Positions 1 to 13,625 of a stretch of DNA of 64,000 bases are shown piece after piece. Numbering within the stretch: position 1 is the stretch's first letter; the number at the start of each line of letters is the position of its first letter. The notes beneath the pieces are model-generated. The model saw nothing but the letters and a program-made list of their open reading frames with translations. It did not search any database and was not told the DNA's origin. The position numbers and the translations under genes were made by a program. Origin of the DNA: Pecten maximus (taxonomy: Eukaryota); the NCBI RefSeq assembly GCF_902652985.1, contig NC_047024.1, positions 12,400,001 through 12,464,000 on the forward strand. Reading direction: 5' to 3'.

Positions 1-144
1 TTTCCGGGGTTTTATGAGGGAAGACTGCTCAAATCCGGGAGAAATTTAACCCCGATTCGGGAAATGTACCAAATCGGGATTAAGGGGAAATTTTAATCGT
101 TTTCCGGGCACTTCCCGCGTAATCCGGGATGGTTGACACCTATG
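1..144. mobile_element. Right end of a non-autonomous DNA transposon (hAT-like MITE), truncated by the window edge
   Basis: GC/CpG-rich stretch with repeated AATCCGGGA/TTTCCGGG subterminal motifs. It ends ...AATCCGGGATGGTTGACACCTATG (revcomp CATAGGTGTCAACC, like hAT-type termini), then reverts abruptly to AT-rich DNA. The left end is not visible. Confidence 0.5.
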
Positions 145-3100
145 CTTAAACTGAACGAGACAAAACCCAACACTGTTTTTATGTTAGAACTGTACATTTT
201 TAATTTCTTACATAAGTACTGGTTTTAGTCTTGAAGTCGAGACGTACCAGGTAAATTATATTCAGGTATATAACAAATAATGTAATGTCATGTCCGATAC
301 ATTCCTGTAAATGTCAGTGACAGTCTACTAGTGACTAACAGACGATACTTACAGCTTCATTACAATTTTATTATTTTGTTCAAACATTATTCTTATTAAA
401 ATTGTTGACATTCACAACCCAAATTTACATTTCTGATGCATAACGGTAACATCCTTGATTATTTTACAGTTGAAGAAAGTATGAAACAATTTTAGATACC
501 TGATATGATAAACCATGCAATCTTACCTGGGTAATTAATGGAAGTAATCATGAATTTAATGCTTAAATTACCTTGAAAAAAAAATGAAATTAATTAATTG
601 TCAGCAAATTACATTAAAATCAAAAGTAAAACATCACTATGTTCTCAAATCAATACATGCAATAAAATAAACAATATGAAATACAACAATTAGTTTACTC
701 TGGGTCGATAATGAACAAATCCACAACCGAATCCAAAGTATCCTACAACCAAAAATGACCGACAAATTGTGAGGCTCTCCGTCTGAACATTTATGGATTT
801 TCCTAGTATGCACCTAAAAACCCGATAGATGTAGATTTCACCTCAACAATCATCACCGTCATAAACTTCATGTGTTAATCACCATCGCCTGTCACACAAA
901 AATATCGAGAAATCAACCGCCCAAATAACAGTGTTTGTACTTAATTGTCAGTAAATTAACACTTTGGGGATACGCTCCATCGCCCTCGGTCCCTAATAAG
1001 TACCAGTCCGTGGTAAAACTTGGAGGTCCACGCTCACATTTGTACCAGCATCGCCACGGTGACAGGTTGTCGTGACAATTACAGGACAGTATTAAATTCA
1101 AACTGTTTTACACCTTTTCACTAAATTCAAATTATGTACTTTTGATGTTTTGGCGAGACGAGGTCACTTAATCTCACAGAAAGACGAATGTTTATCACAG
1201 AGTACGTAGACAACAGAGCCCTGTAGACTGTGATCATTCTTTTCCCACCTATATCGCACATGACATAACTATAACATAATTTCGATATCAAAATGATTTC
1301 ATTTCTTATTTTAAAGTAAAAAATTGTCTTAACTGTCACCTTGACAATGAGGAAAACCAACCTAACCAGTGATTAAAATGATTTTTTCTCAGGTTTTGTG
1401 TATATTGTACAGTAATGAAAAACTGTTTTATTGATAAAATAATATGTTTTAGTTGTTAAAAGTACTATCTATGCTTTGAGATGTTCGTTCCTGTTTCCAA
1501 AGCATAACTTTACTAAGGAGTCTGTCCTTTGACATTTTACAAATTTAATTTCAGACATACATTTACCAGCTTTTCAGTGTGATATCTAATACGCCATCCC
1601 TAGAATGTATAGTCACATCTAATGAGGCTGATTAGTAGCTGGTTGAGAAGTTAATCACCTTTTATTGTAATATAGGTTAATTTAGATAGTCAGAGCAAGC
1701 ATGCAGGGTTACATATAGGTAAGTGATGCTGATCAAGGAAGTGCTCCATCTGCATCACTTAGGTCCACACTTAGAATCTCACCACAGAATCAGCTATCAT
1801 GTGTAACCCAACACCCACTGGTATCCAAATTATAGAAAACCATCATTAAAATGTCAATGTGACCCACACAAGTTCACCAGGAAGTCGTACCTGTGGGGTG
1901 AATTTACGTGATCACACGATGGACATTTTAAAAGTGATTATTAAGCTAAAAGCAGTAAGATACATAATTATGTACCCAATCAGTGGGATTACCTATCTTT
2001 AATCTATCTACCTACAGTCATTAACAGTAGGAAGATATAAACCATCTATGACTACAGGGCAGTTTATGTTTCCATGGGATTAGCAAGCTGCACCATAACA
2101 CCCCATGATGCACTTTATATTATACGCCATTGTACTGCTCCGGTACATCGATGTGACCAGTAGACAACTCATTACCAGGCGATTATATAGCAACCCTGTT
2201 TGTCCTTCCCTACACAGATAACAGATTATTTCTCATACCCTTTTTTATTTTTCTTTAATTATGAATCATGGAATCAGTTTATAACCTGTGATTGACCAGC
2301 GGTCAAGTACAGATCGTCATGGAAACAGGAAAAGACTATAATTTGAGAATTATCTTTGCTATTCATACAGGAATTATGAGATCAAATTGTAGGGAAGAAA
2401 ACATCAATAAACCACGATTTCATTTGACAGGGATTTTCTGTTAATTTGCTTGTAATTACAGACAAGATACAAAATGATACTGCTAGTCTCGCCAGTCTGC
2501 TGTCCAGCCATTTTACTGCAGGGAACACAGTAAGCTTCACCTGATAATCAACAAATCACTCTAATACTGCAGTACAGACAATCGGGAGATAACTCAGGCT
2601 GAGTTATCAAAGTTATTAAATATGAGGCCATTTTTGGACAGAAATCTGTAATATCACAGACAGGGAGCTAATTACCTATCCTCGGTCTTTATTAGAACTA
2701 GACAAAGGGAAGACAACTCCACAGAAAACAAGTTATTACTATAATTGTGTAACTTGTTACTAACTTAAAAAGAGATAATTTTGTAAACACATTACGAACA
2801 GATACCTCCTACCAGTATATATAAACTTTTTATCCATGTAGCAGATGTTTTAATGTCCAGGATATTCTATAAAGTACACAGCCCAGAAGGAAAACCTAAT
2901 TAGTATTTTTACGTTCTAGCTTTGCCAATCTTCATTACTATTCCAGTTCAAGGTCTGCTGACATTACTGACATATAAATGTATTAACTAGTCAGGCATTG
3001 TCACAAGCATTTCCTTCTTCAACACAATATATGGTTGTAATTGTCACAATAAAAAGACTCGTAAAATTTGTCCATGAATACTATTTACTTTTTTTGTTTG

Positions 3101-3151
3101 TTTTCAACTATGTTTAACATGACTACCAGTATGTGTCCCAGCTTAGCTGTA

Positions 3152-4316
3152 CAGTGGACCCGCGATAATCCGGACGCCGATAGTCCGGAAAACTCACAGT
3201 CCGGACGGAAATGCACGGGAACGGATTTCCGTAACGTTATTTGTACTCACCAGTCCGGAAATTCGGATTCCGATTCCGGAAGCCCATTTTGGGAACGGAA
3301 CGTACTTTTCATTAGTAAATTTCCCTCAATAATCCGGACGATTTTTTCACCACGAGGAGAAAAAAATGTCGGGGCAAGTCACCCGTGTCGACAGCTGTAC
3401 AGACTATCGCTTGACACTGTGCGTAGTCATAGAGACCGCTGCCAGGTCATAGCCCCGGGTGTTTACCTGTGTTACAATGTGTAGCTTTTGTTTTTATAAC
3501 GGTACATTGCTTTTTCTCTACAACCTAAATGTTACAGAATTTATGCACAAACATACAGTACGTGATACGATAATTAATCAATCTCAAATACATGTAATAA
3601 ATTTATGATCGGTAATTAACATCATTAACACTTGTATTGGGTAAACACGGATATCGGCTTTGTAACACCGTTACGTGAAAGGACGACTCATTAAAAGATT
3701 TACGTATTAAGCAGTGATCACAAGAACTAGGTTGATTACACACAAATTAGTCAATAGTCGTCTGATACTTAACTAAGCGTCACATTGTTAAGTGAATACG
3801 GGTTTAATAATTATCGGACATCTTGTGTAGTTCTCGCTGGTGTCGCGTACTTTTAACTAGATAGCTTGGGGTTTCTGGTACGTAAAAATCATAAAAAAAC
3901 ATGGACTGACGGTAAGTTGTAAAATCCGGGTATTTTATTTAAGGTATTTAACGTTTGTAATTTCTACTTGATTGTGAACCTCCGGGACGTGACACATGTG
4001 CGTTGTTTGTAGGTCACATATGCCCGCTATAAATGAAACGATTTTCACTTTACATGTTCTTTTAAAAACATAGTTTATTTTTTACTTCTACAAAACAAAA
4101 CAAGAATCATATCAGAAACATAAGTATATTTATTGTTAAAAAGTCTGACAAGTCTGACGTGTTTATGAAACGTCCCGGATTGTATATAATCAAGGGAGAT
4201 AACTCTTACATGACAATTTTTTTGACCTGGTACACGAAATTCGGCAGTCCGGAAAACTCGTAATCCGGACGGTTTGGACTGGGAACGAAGGTGTTCCGAT
4301 TATCGAGGGTCCACTG
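3152..4316. mobile_element. Non-autonomous Tc1/mariner (pogo/Tigger-like) element, ~1165 bp
   Basis: Terminal inverted repeats CAGTGGACCC(G/T)CGATAATC at 3152 and ending 4316. TA target duplication at 3150-3151 and 4317-4318. Subterminal AGTCCGGAAAACTC repeats near both ends. No transposase ORF. Confidence 0.9.
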
Positions 4317-4547
4317 TATAGATCTAAAACTCTAACATTGGTAATCTTAAGATTATTGTCGCACTATTACCACTCTTAATCTTTAATACCTACAGTCAAA
4401 TAATAAGGAGTGTTAAATCAAGACCTTAAGTTTACATAAACAAATCATCGTAGAAATCATTAATTTAACTTGGTAAACTTATAATGATAAAAATTAGCAG
4501 GACTCATATAGATTGATCTACCTCCATCACCATCATCAATGAAATAA

Positions 4548-4818
4548 ATCTGTTTAGGAATTCAAGGGATATCATGTACATAAACTTTTTATTTCAAAAG
4601 TGGTCAGGTTTGACAGTGTGATCTTTGACCTTTAACCTTGTTAGATGACCACCAAATTCTAATCAGGTGAAGAATCTGGTGGTGTGATGTAATGGTGTGA
4701 ACATGAACTAAATCGTTCAAGGAGTTCAAGAGATATCATGTACACAAGGTTATCGTGGACATATTCACACACACACACACACACACACACATATGTCCTG
4801 CCTTTACTAAGTGGGACT
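4548..4818 (+). mobile_element. HINE/Helentron-associated (pearl-like) element, 3' portion
   Basis: Two copies of core motif TTCAAG(G/A)GATATCATGTACA, a TGACCTT motif, then a (CA)n microsatellite at 4766-4791 and a short imperfect hairpin GTCCTGC...GTGGGAC. This order is typical of bivalve HINEs. Confidence 0.55.
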
Positions 4819-4967
4819 GTTGTATTAGGACTTGATTCGTTTATATAAATATGCTAACTGTAGAATGAGATTTGTATGACAAGGTTAACTAGTTTTAACC
4901 TTTCCATCAATAAACATTTAGGTTGTCAACAGCTGATGATAAGGATACATGTTTATCATTAGGCTCC

Positions 4968-5040
4968 AGACAATGCTATAAAACATTTACCTGACCCTGA
5001 TTATAGACAATGCTATAAAACATCTACCTGACCCTGATTA
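4968..5040. repeat. 37-bp tandem duplication (2 copies)
   Basis: AGACAATGCTATAAAACAT(T/C)TACCTGACCCTGATTA at 4968 and 5005. Confidence 0.9.
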
Positions 5041-6508
5041 AATTAACATTTAGAAGCTAATGAACAAGTCAGGAGTTATACCATATCTGCCTGACAAGAC
5101 AAGCTTGACCTATGACCTTTTTAGATACCTGCCGTCCTAATTTTGACTTCAAAGAACGGGATTTTCATTACAGGTGTAAATATATGCAAGTCAATGTAAG
5201 TAATTCCCCAACGGAAACTTAATGTACAGCGGGATGTGTGTTCCAGCCAAGCTCCACACATTAACATCAATGTCAATGTGTAGAACTTTCCTCTACACAC
5301 TACAGGTAATATTATTGGAAATTAAACTCTGTTAACCCCTGCTGTTTATACCTTATCACAGTGATATCATGACCCCTCGTAGGATAAATCTTACTTTTAG
5401 TAACGCCATCACCGATGTCGAATTAACTTTGAGTTCACTTTCAAAGAATTATGATGGAGCCTGGTACCTTATTGTATCGGTGTATAATCATATTTCAATT
5501 TAATAAATTTTTTATTGAGAATTGCATGCATTTATAAGTAGTTCATTCAATATGTTAAATATTACCAAAGGCTGGGCTTAATATTTAGCATGTGCTTTTT
5601 TTTTTCTAACTTTATTACCATTTACCTGTGAGGACTACATCCTATACCTGGTCCTTTATCTCATTAAATTGTTTTACTATTTACCTGTGAGAAGTTTTAT
5701 CCTCCAAGACACAGACAGGACAAACTGAGGCGACTACAAAATATATCAATCTTTGCCAGAATCTAATAGGAAATGATTTAACTATTACATCATATAATTA
5801 CAATAATTTTATTATCCATAAATAAAATAGGGTTCTTCATGATAAACCAAGAATTATTTTATTACTAAGGAGTCTACATTCTTGCATGTAATTACCTGTG
5901 CAAAGGTAACAACTAATGATCGTAACAGACGAAAGAAGACAATTTTGATATGATTACAGAGTTTATTCCAATAAACTGTACTGTCGATCAGAGCAGCTCT
6001 ATCTAATCTGCCTTGTGAGGTCTGCTGTGCCTCTGAAGTACAAATGTCAGCGAACCATCCAAAAAAACTTGTATATGTTCGTTTCCAAACAGCTGTAGTG
6101 TGTCGACACAGACCACCTAATGTCAAACTTCACAAAATACAAAAACCATATCACGGTATTTCTTTACCGCAAATCTAAAATAAACAGCCAGCAATCAGAC
6201 GTTTTCATAATTTGTCAGTTACAGTATCAATGGGATATTTTGCTAATGAGGACAAGTAGCCTGCTTATACTATCAAATTGGCTTGGTTACCAGACTGCCT
6301 GATGTATATACGTACCTACCACAGGCCTGAAGAATCCAGACGCTATTGTACACTGGACTAACATCAACCCACTGATCCCATGTACTTCGCTCCTAGGTAA
6401 CTAGGTATATCTGTTATATATATGATACATACATAAAAAACTTAATGATAATTTACGAAACAAAATCAGAAAACCAGTATATATGTAGACTACTGAAGTT
6501 GGTACGCA

Positions 6509-6722
6509 CATATGGAGGTCGACATCGGACCGAGAAGGACCACCTAGCCGCGCCCATGTCCGTCCCAGGGAGATGTCAAGCCCTGTGGACGTACCGGATG
6601 GATAGGACAAGACTAACCAGAGGGGACACAGGCACCGGAGGCACTCGACCACTGACCCCCTAACATCGCCTGAACATAGCTCATGCAGTGGAAGGAGACG
6701 TTAAACCGGTAACCAACCAAAC
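6509..6722 (+). mobile_element. 5'-truncated non-LTR retroelement (SINE or LINE 3' end) with 13-bp target-site duplication
   Basis: Perfect TSD AAGTTGGTACGCA at 6496-6508 and 6723-6735. GC-rich body. 3' end GACGTTAAACC followed by an (AACC)n tail. Confidence 0.85.
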
Positions 6723-6839
6723 AAGTTGGTACGCAGTACATTAATTTCCGAGATCAGCGATCACAGGATATCACTAATTCCTTGCACTTAGGCTTTCTTA
6801 TAGGATGGAAACTGTATCAATCTTGTTGGCCTAAAAGAA

Positions 6840-6970
6840 GGGGTCCAAGAACACCCAGATAAAACCCACATGGTCGGCTAGTGTCCCCAATTTTGTTTTC
6901 ACGTCCAATGAGGTCACTGAAACCTTGCCACCTAAGTAAAAAGTGGTGTTACCACTATGCCACCCAAACA
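6840..6970 (-). mobile_element. Degenerate tRNA-derived SINE (5' part)
   Basis: Minus strand reads GGGTGGCATAGTGGTAACAC (Pol III A-box TGGCATAGTGG), then a decayed B-box region, then GTGGGTTTTATCTGGGTGTTC, resembling the conserved GGGTTTTCTCCGGGTACTCC SINE central domain. Confidence 0.6.
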
Positions 6971-9900
6971 TCCTCAAAGTAAGACTTTCATTGTGCGGTG
7001 GAGACAAATTCATGATAATGATTTATTGCTGCAAGAAGTACCTTATCAGTACAAGACTAAACTAGGGTATGCTTATATACTTCATCACACATACAGGTAC
7101 ACAGTACAAGCATTTCGGTATAAGCATTCTGGCCTCATACAAATGTATCATACAGCCACATACTTCCAACAGGTAGTATATAATACCCTGTATACATGTC
7201 CCCACTCACAAACGACTCTAAATCAGTCTAACTACTAGGTGATATGTTAGTATTGGTCAACTCTAATATCTCAACAAAAAACCATAAATGGTTTTAAGTT
7301 ACGGCCAACCACAACTCAACTAGACCGTTTTATGACAAAATAAATAAAATATGACCCATTCTGTTTTGACAATGAAACAGAATACCCCACTCAGCGATGA
7401 AAAATACAAAGTAGACTCCATCACTGCGACACGTTTGACCATATCTAGGTATTTTTGTGGAATATGATGAATATCACCACTAACGACAAACATTTGGTTT
7501 TATCGGGATAATTCATCCAATGAATCCAGTTTACCTTTTAGTACCTTGACTCAATTTTCAGCAATAACAAGCTTGTCGGCAGCAGTAAATATCACTTAAG
7601 CTGACGGTCAAAGCTCCAGGTACCAGCCACTTGTATACCCAGACATTGAGCCCGACAATGAGCGGGTAGGGAAACTCTCAAGATTAAACAGTAGTTCTAC
7701 CCCATAAGTGTTTATAATTTTTACATTGGCTTATTTCCCCTAGTTTGAAACTCCAAGATACCAAAATTATAATTAAAGCTTTATTTTATTCAATTTCTTT
7801 AGCATTCTCAGAGATAAGGGCATGCAGTCCCAGAACAATAACACTTTATATTATACCAGCTAGAACTATGTTAATTCTAACCTTTTAAAGTATGAATACT
7901 GCCAGAAATATGATGACAATGCCATTACGGACATCCTCAAGATAACTTTAACATGTATGGATAAGTATTCGATAGAACGACTCCTGATGTATAGAATTCT
8001 GACAATCCTGCATTTGCACCATACAGAACACATTTCAATAACAGCTAGTCCACAGTTTCTTCCGAAAATAAAATGAGATACCAGATAGACATCAGAGTTG
8101 TGTTGTTGGTCCACTATACCTTGTAACCGTATACCCCTAATGTGGTAAGCAGATTCACTTTCTTTTAAAATTTTACATCAAACCTTCGTACATCACAACA
8201 GATGGGACCAACATTTCTCAAGATTTACAGCCGAAATAAAATTCCAGAGATTGTTGATTTTGATAATCATCAGACAAGCCGGAAAATAGTCAATTTACTA
8301 TTTGCTATTACTGCAATTTTCATTTTCATCTACACCTTGTACCTGTAATTAGCTCAGCCATCAATCGCCCCTAACAACCAGGTAACTACGGCCACGACCC
8401 ATTGACCACCCTTCACACATGGCCACGACCATTTCAAATGTCCAGACTGAATGACCGGTGCTTGCTCCATCCAGATCGAGGTGACACCCAAAGTGTTAAA
8501 TGGTCAAGGTAACCATTGTCCAGCTGGAAGTCCAGTTAATAAGAGTTAGTCTGGGAGCCTATTAATTTGTATTAGATTTCACAGATAATGTGTCTCCCTA
8601 TTCACTCTCATCATGCTGTTTTGTGTGTCGGCCATGAGGACAGGAAACTGAACATTTCTGAAGGAGGACCCGACATTATGATATTCCACATCAGTGATTC
8701 CATCAGTCCAACATAAAACACTCTCTGGCACTCAAAACAAAACATTCCCTGCTCTTAAAAGGTTCTGTTATAATCCAAAAACAAATAAAAATGTATTAAC
8801 TATTTACACGGCCGTGAAGTCAATCAGGGTCCGCACACATGACGTACTGTAACATTAGGGCTATTTCTTGTTGTTTTTTTTTGCTTTGAACATAAATATA
8901 AGAACAAATTGCCTACTAACATTTACAATGGCCTATAGCTAAATAGAGCTGCAACAAAAGCATTCAAACATATTCTCCAAGATTTGATCATTACTGAACA
9001 TTAATTGCATAAAATATTTTTTTCATTTCAATCCTTATATAAAACTGATCTTCCACATTTAATTACAAAACTATAATGGATTCATAGATGGAGGAGTTTA
9101 ATGACTTAAAAGTTGGTACAAACTAAAAGGTCATTAACTGTCTTATCGGTATATATGCAGGCTACAGTTTTAATAAATAACGTTGTACAGTATAACACAG
9201 CCTAACAGACAGACAGATGTATAACGTGTCTTTAGAAAACAGACATTAATACCTATCAAACCTGTCTAATTGTGATTTTTTTAAGTGGACTAATTAATTT
9301 TTTATGCAAATTAGGTATTAATAGGAAATCCAGTGTAATGAATTCATCTAGATCGTAACACCTCGTATATTTACATTCTAGCTGGAGGGACGTTCTGAGA
9401 TTGTATCTGAAAACCAATACACTTGATGATAAGTCACCCAACACTTGGTGTCGAACAATTTCAACTACCAATTTAAATAACTTTTTGATAATCGTTTCCG
9501 TGAGAAAGTGTGACATCAAAGTATTAATCGTACCTGGTAATACATCTATAGAGTGTCTACTCCTGGCATTCTCAGGTAGTCGCTATCTAATTAGTAATTA
9601 CAGGTAAGTCTTCTCTAATTTGATTTTACAGACAGGTAACCATACTCATCTAACACCTCTATATAAATATCTAGAAAACTTACCTAAGATTGACACACTA
9701 TGAACAGGAATCAAAGATCTACTTAAGTAGCTTGATGTTACCATATCAGAGGTAATTCTATAATAAGTGCTTATTTTGCACATTTTGTGTCAGTTTAATG
9801 TTTGAAGTTAAGTTTCTGATCTCAACAATGCATGTAGTTATTTAAACACTACCAATAAAAAAATATCTAATGTTTGTTCTGTCATGTAAAATTTTAGCTC

Positions 9901-10129
9901 AAAGATTATCACAGATTGAGAATGTTTAGGCACACACGCATGGTTCTACTCCAAAGTCTTCCTGTTATCCTTCTGTCATTAGTACTAGGAAGTACCACCC
10001 AAACCTACCACACAATCCAGATAACCAATATGGCCTTCTTACAACACAACTCTAAATCCTTTAAATCATTGACATGGTTTAACTGATTGGCTTTCACAAA
10101 AAATTACCCACATCCTTCATAAAAATATC

Positions 10130-10378
10130 TGAATGACCTTCATACATCTGTCACAACAAATACCCAAATTACCTTCAAAACCATCACAACAAATTACTTC
10201 AATGACCTTCAAAACTATCACAACAAATACCCCGATGACCTTCAAAACCATCAAAATAAATACACTGATGACCTTCACAGCCTTACATAACTCATGCCAA
10301 TGACCTTCACTACCTAACACAACTCATATCAATGACCTTCACCTTCTAACATAACCCATGTCAATGACCTCCACACTT
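10130..10378. repeat. Degenerate ~33-bp minisatellite (~8 copies) with conserved ATGACCTTCA core
   Basis: ATGACCTTCA or a close variant recurs every 32-35 bp, with divergent spacers. Confidence 0.8.
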
Positions 10379-12772
10379 TTAACAGAAAACACTATTACTG
10401 GTACCACTTTATTAACACGTATGACAAACTTTCTTATAACTTTAAATCCTGTTGTGACTTATAAGAAAATACCAAAGTTTTTAATATATCTTAGTTGTTT
10501 GTGTCCTTGACCTATAAACCTGTCCTTAACAATAAACCTACACACACATACACTAGGTACACTCCTAGCTATAACACATGTCAGATTGATACAGACAATT
10601 CCTAGTAATAAAGTCTACCAAACAAAACCTCCACTTCTATCATGTGTTTGGAGTCTGGCCCTTTAAACAATACTCTGGATTTCCACATTCTTACCACAAG
10701 AAACAATTCCTTGATCGAGCTTTGCAATGTTTCAGCAGTCGTGTTTTTTTGTGACGGTGATGTATTACAATGTTGGATCTAGTATCCGCAGTCTCACCAT
10801 CAGACAAACGGAACATGTTAAGTAACATTGCAAAATATCCAAAAGGTTTGAAATTAAATTGAATTTTTGTCAGTAACAAATTTGAACTCTTCTAACCAAC
10901 ATCTATCTGAGAGCACTGCATTGTGTCATTAGTGAGACAGAGATTTATAAGACAGGACCATGCAAGCTCCAAACTTGTCAATCTACTCGGAGACATGGCT
11001 GACTGGGGATGATAGCCGCCGTCTGCTGTAGCAGATACAGCCACAGTTTTCTAAGGAGCGTCTCGGATTGGGATATTGACACTTTGGAGTGTATAGCTGA
11101 GTGGGTAACCAAAGTCTGCCTATACCTCACCACAGACATGGAACTGAGCTCACAGTCTGATAGACAATGTCAAAAATAAAACACATTTCTATGGCAAACC
11201 TAAAGCAGAACAATTACAATATTATATGATTTCTAGTTTGAGCTGGATACTGTGGACATGATCATGAATGTATTACTGAGTGCAGATACATTGCACTGGA
11301 TAGTCCTTCTGGTATCAACTATACCCACTGACCCATCATGACCTTGACCTAAAACTCCAAGGTCACAGGTCAATATCAATTCCACTATTATAAGAATGAA
11401 AACCAATTAATAGGTATAAAAATAGCTAAATAGTAAACTGCTTTTACATCAATATAAAGCATATACCCAAATAGACTCGACCTTAATAAGATATACAGAG
11501 TACAAGGTCAGGTATATGTTACACCTGTTTATACCTACTACAATACTAACGAGTCGAGGAGCTCTTCGGTAGCGTCCTTCACCATACTTAATACACCTGT
11601 ACCTGCATAATGTTCTGTTCTTGATTTCACAAAGGTCAGAGGGTCACAGCTAACAAGCCCTCCCCTCCCTGAATGGATGTTATTGATAGAAACACACTAA
11701 TTCATTAATATGGGAGTCACAATACTTATAAACACCTGAGTCTCACTGATTCAGCAAAACAAACCTACTGCACCAGACTTATGTTAGCTAAATTACAACT
11801 TCTGATTATGAGATATCCATTACATGTATCTACTAAACAAATATTGCACCTCATTTCCATGATATCTTTGTAAATATATCACAGAGATCTTATTTCAAAA
11901 ATATGTGAAAGAATGCAATTTAAACCTGTTTATAACAATGATGTCAAATGTTTAGAAAGATGTACTAATGACACTCAAGTAGTTCTAATACTTCAGAAGT
12001 TTTCATAATAATTAAAGGGAGATCACTCTGACATGTATTATAGTGATAATGTGTTAGGTAGCATATCTCCTTAACTCCAGTCTCCTTACTAAACTTTACA
12101 ACCTGTAAGATTTCATTTTTTTGTTGCATTAATCAGAAGAATTTGTTGTATTTTTAGATTCTGAATGGTCTAGACAACTGAATTGTGCTGGCCCATTACC
12201 TATAGTACTGTCATAAAAATTAAATGAGCAGAATATTTACCACCATTTTTTTCTATAAATTGGGTCATAATGATAATTACCCAGGTCTGGTTTTTTTCAG
12301 GTATACTATTAATGTTCCTATTGCATGTTAACACTGTAGTGTAATAGTAAGCAGTATGTATGAATGATTAGAGGAGAGTGATATGGTACAAATGTCAGGT
12401 GGTAATGTCCTAATGACAACATTTAACACAGTAAGATTGGCCAAAATTTAGATTAGGATCAAAGGGCACCTGTCATATCAGTCGCTGTCAATTAAAATGG
12501 ATATCGGTAACAAATCAAGCATGAATCAATTGAAACATATTACTATTGATTATATATATATATGGTATGTGCTGATTTGTCAAATTACCATATATATAAA
12601 CCAGTGGTACATGCTGATCTGTCATAATATACAAACAAGTGTATTTATTGTATTTGATGAACCAAACAAAAATAATTCTTTGTGAACACTTCCACGTTTT
12701 GCAATATGAAAAAAAATCTAAAGGGTATGAAAAATGTAAAACAGATTTTCAGTCAGTTGTCAGGAACTGAAT

Positions 12773-12884
12773 TCTGTCCGACTTAGTGTCCAGTTGTATT
12801 TGTTGGCACATACAGCACTGACCAGCTGTCTGTCCGACTTAGTGTCCAGTTGTATTTGTTGGCACATACAGCACTGACCAGCTG
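12773..12884. repeat. Perfect 56-bp tandem duplication
   Basis: TCTGTCCGACTTAGTGTCCAGTTG...GACCAGCTG at 12773 and 12829. Confidence 0.95.
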
Positions 12885-13512
12885 GCGAGAGATCATGGGT
12901 AGGTAAGATCATGGGTAGGTATATAATCTCCATATAAGGAGATTAGTACAAGGTTAAACCTGAAACAACAGTGTAGATGGATCAAGACACTTACATCACC
13001 ACACATAAAGCTGTACCACATTCTTTGTGGGCTTCAACTGCCAATTTATTAAATTGTCTGGAAGTACTTCTCAGCAATGGGTTAAAAACACCTCATGTTT
13101 CTACCTGACGGTCCTCATGGTAAGCCTTTTGTCATGGTTGTAATCTGTGGACGTTCTGTGGACGTTCTGTGGACGTTCTCGAGTCTGTTGAGACTTGACT
13201 GGGATTACTACACGTCAGTGTGACCAATACACTCACAGTAATACAGCAGTATGATGAAAATAGAACAAGTAGCAACAAAGAACAATAGATTTCCTCCTGG
13301 GTATTACCATGCTAATAATAGAAAGGCCGCAAATATGTTTTTGTCTTTTCCTTTTTATTCAGTTTGAAAAAGTTTTATAAATAACTAATGTGTGATGTTA
13401 TACGTGCCGATGTTTACTGACCAGAATGCAAGCGTAGAGTGCAGTGCCTATTTCCTCGAATGCTCGTGGCCGAGATACCAGCTGTATCAGCACGGATTCT
13501 ATTGCTATCTGG

Positions 13513-13625
13513 GGAGAGCGCTGACGCTGGCGACAGTCTGGAGGTCTCTATCTTACTACAGTACATGCATCATTCAGGAGAGCGCTGACAGTGGCAACGA
13601 TCTGGACAATCTCTTTCTTACTCCA
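13513..13625. repeat. Imperfect direct repeat (period 64) in a GC-rich, probably TE-derived patch
   Basis: GGAGAGCGCTGAC..TGGC.AC..TCTGGA...TCTCT.TCTTACT at 13513 and 13577. Confidence 0.7.

Noticed and set aside
1720-1761. Hairpin TAAGTGATGC...GCATCACTTA as a pre-miRNA
   Set aside because: The stem is only ~13 bp and no known miRNA seed was recognised.
3068-3484. 138-aa ORF as a transposase
   Set aside because: It starts outside the TIR and has no HTH or DDE motifs; a chance ORF in a GC-rich MITE.
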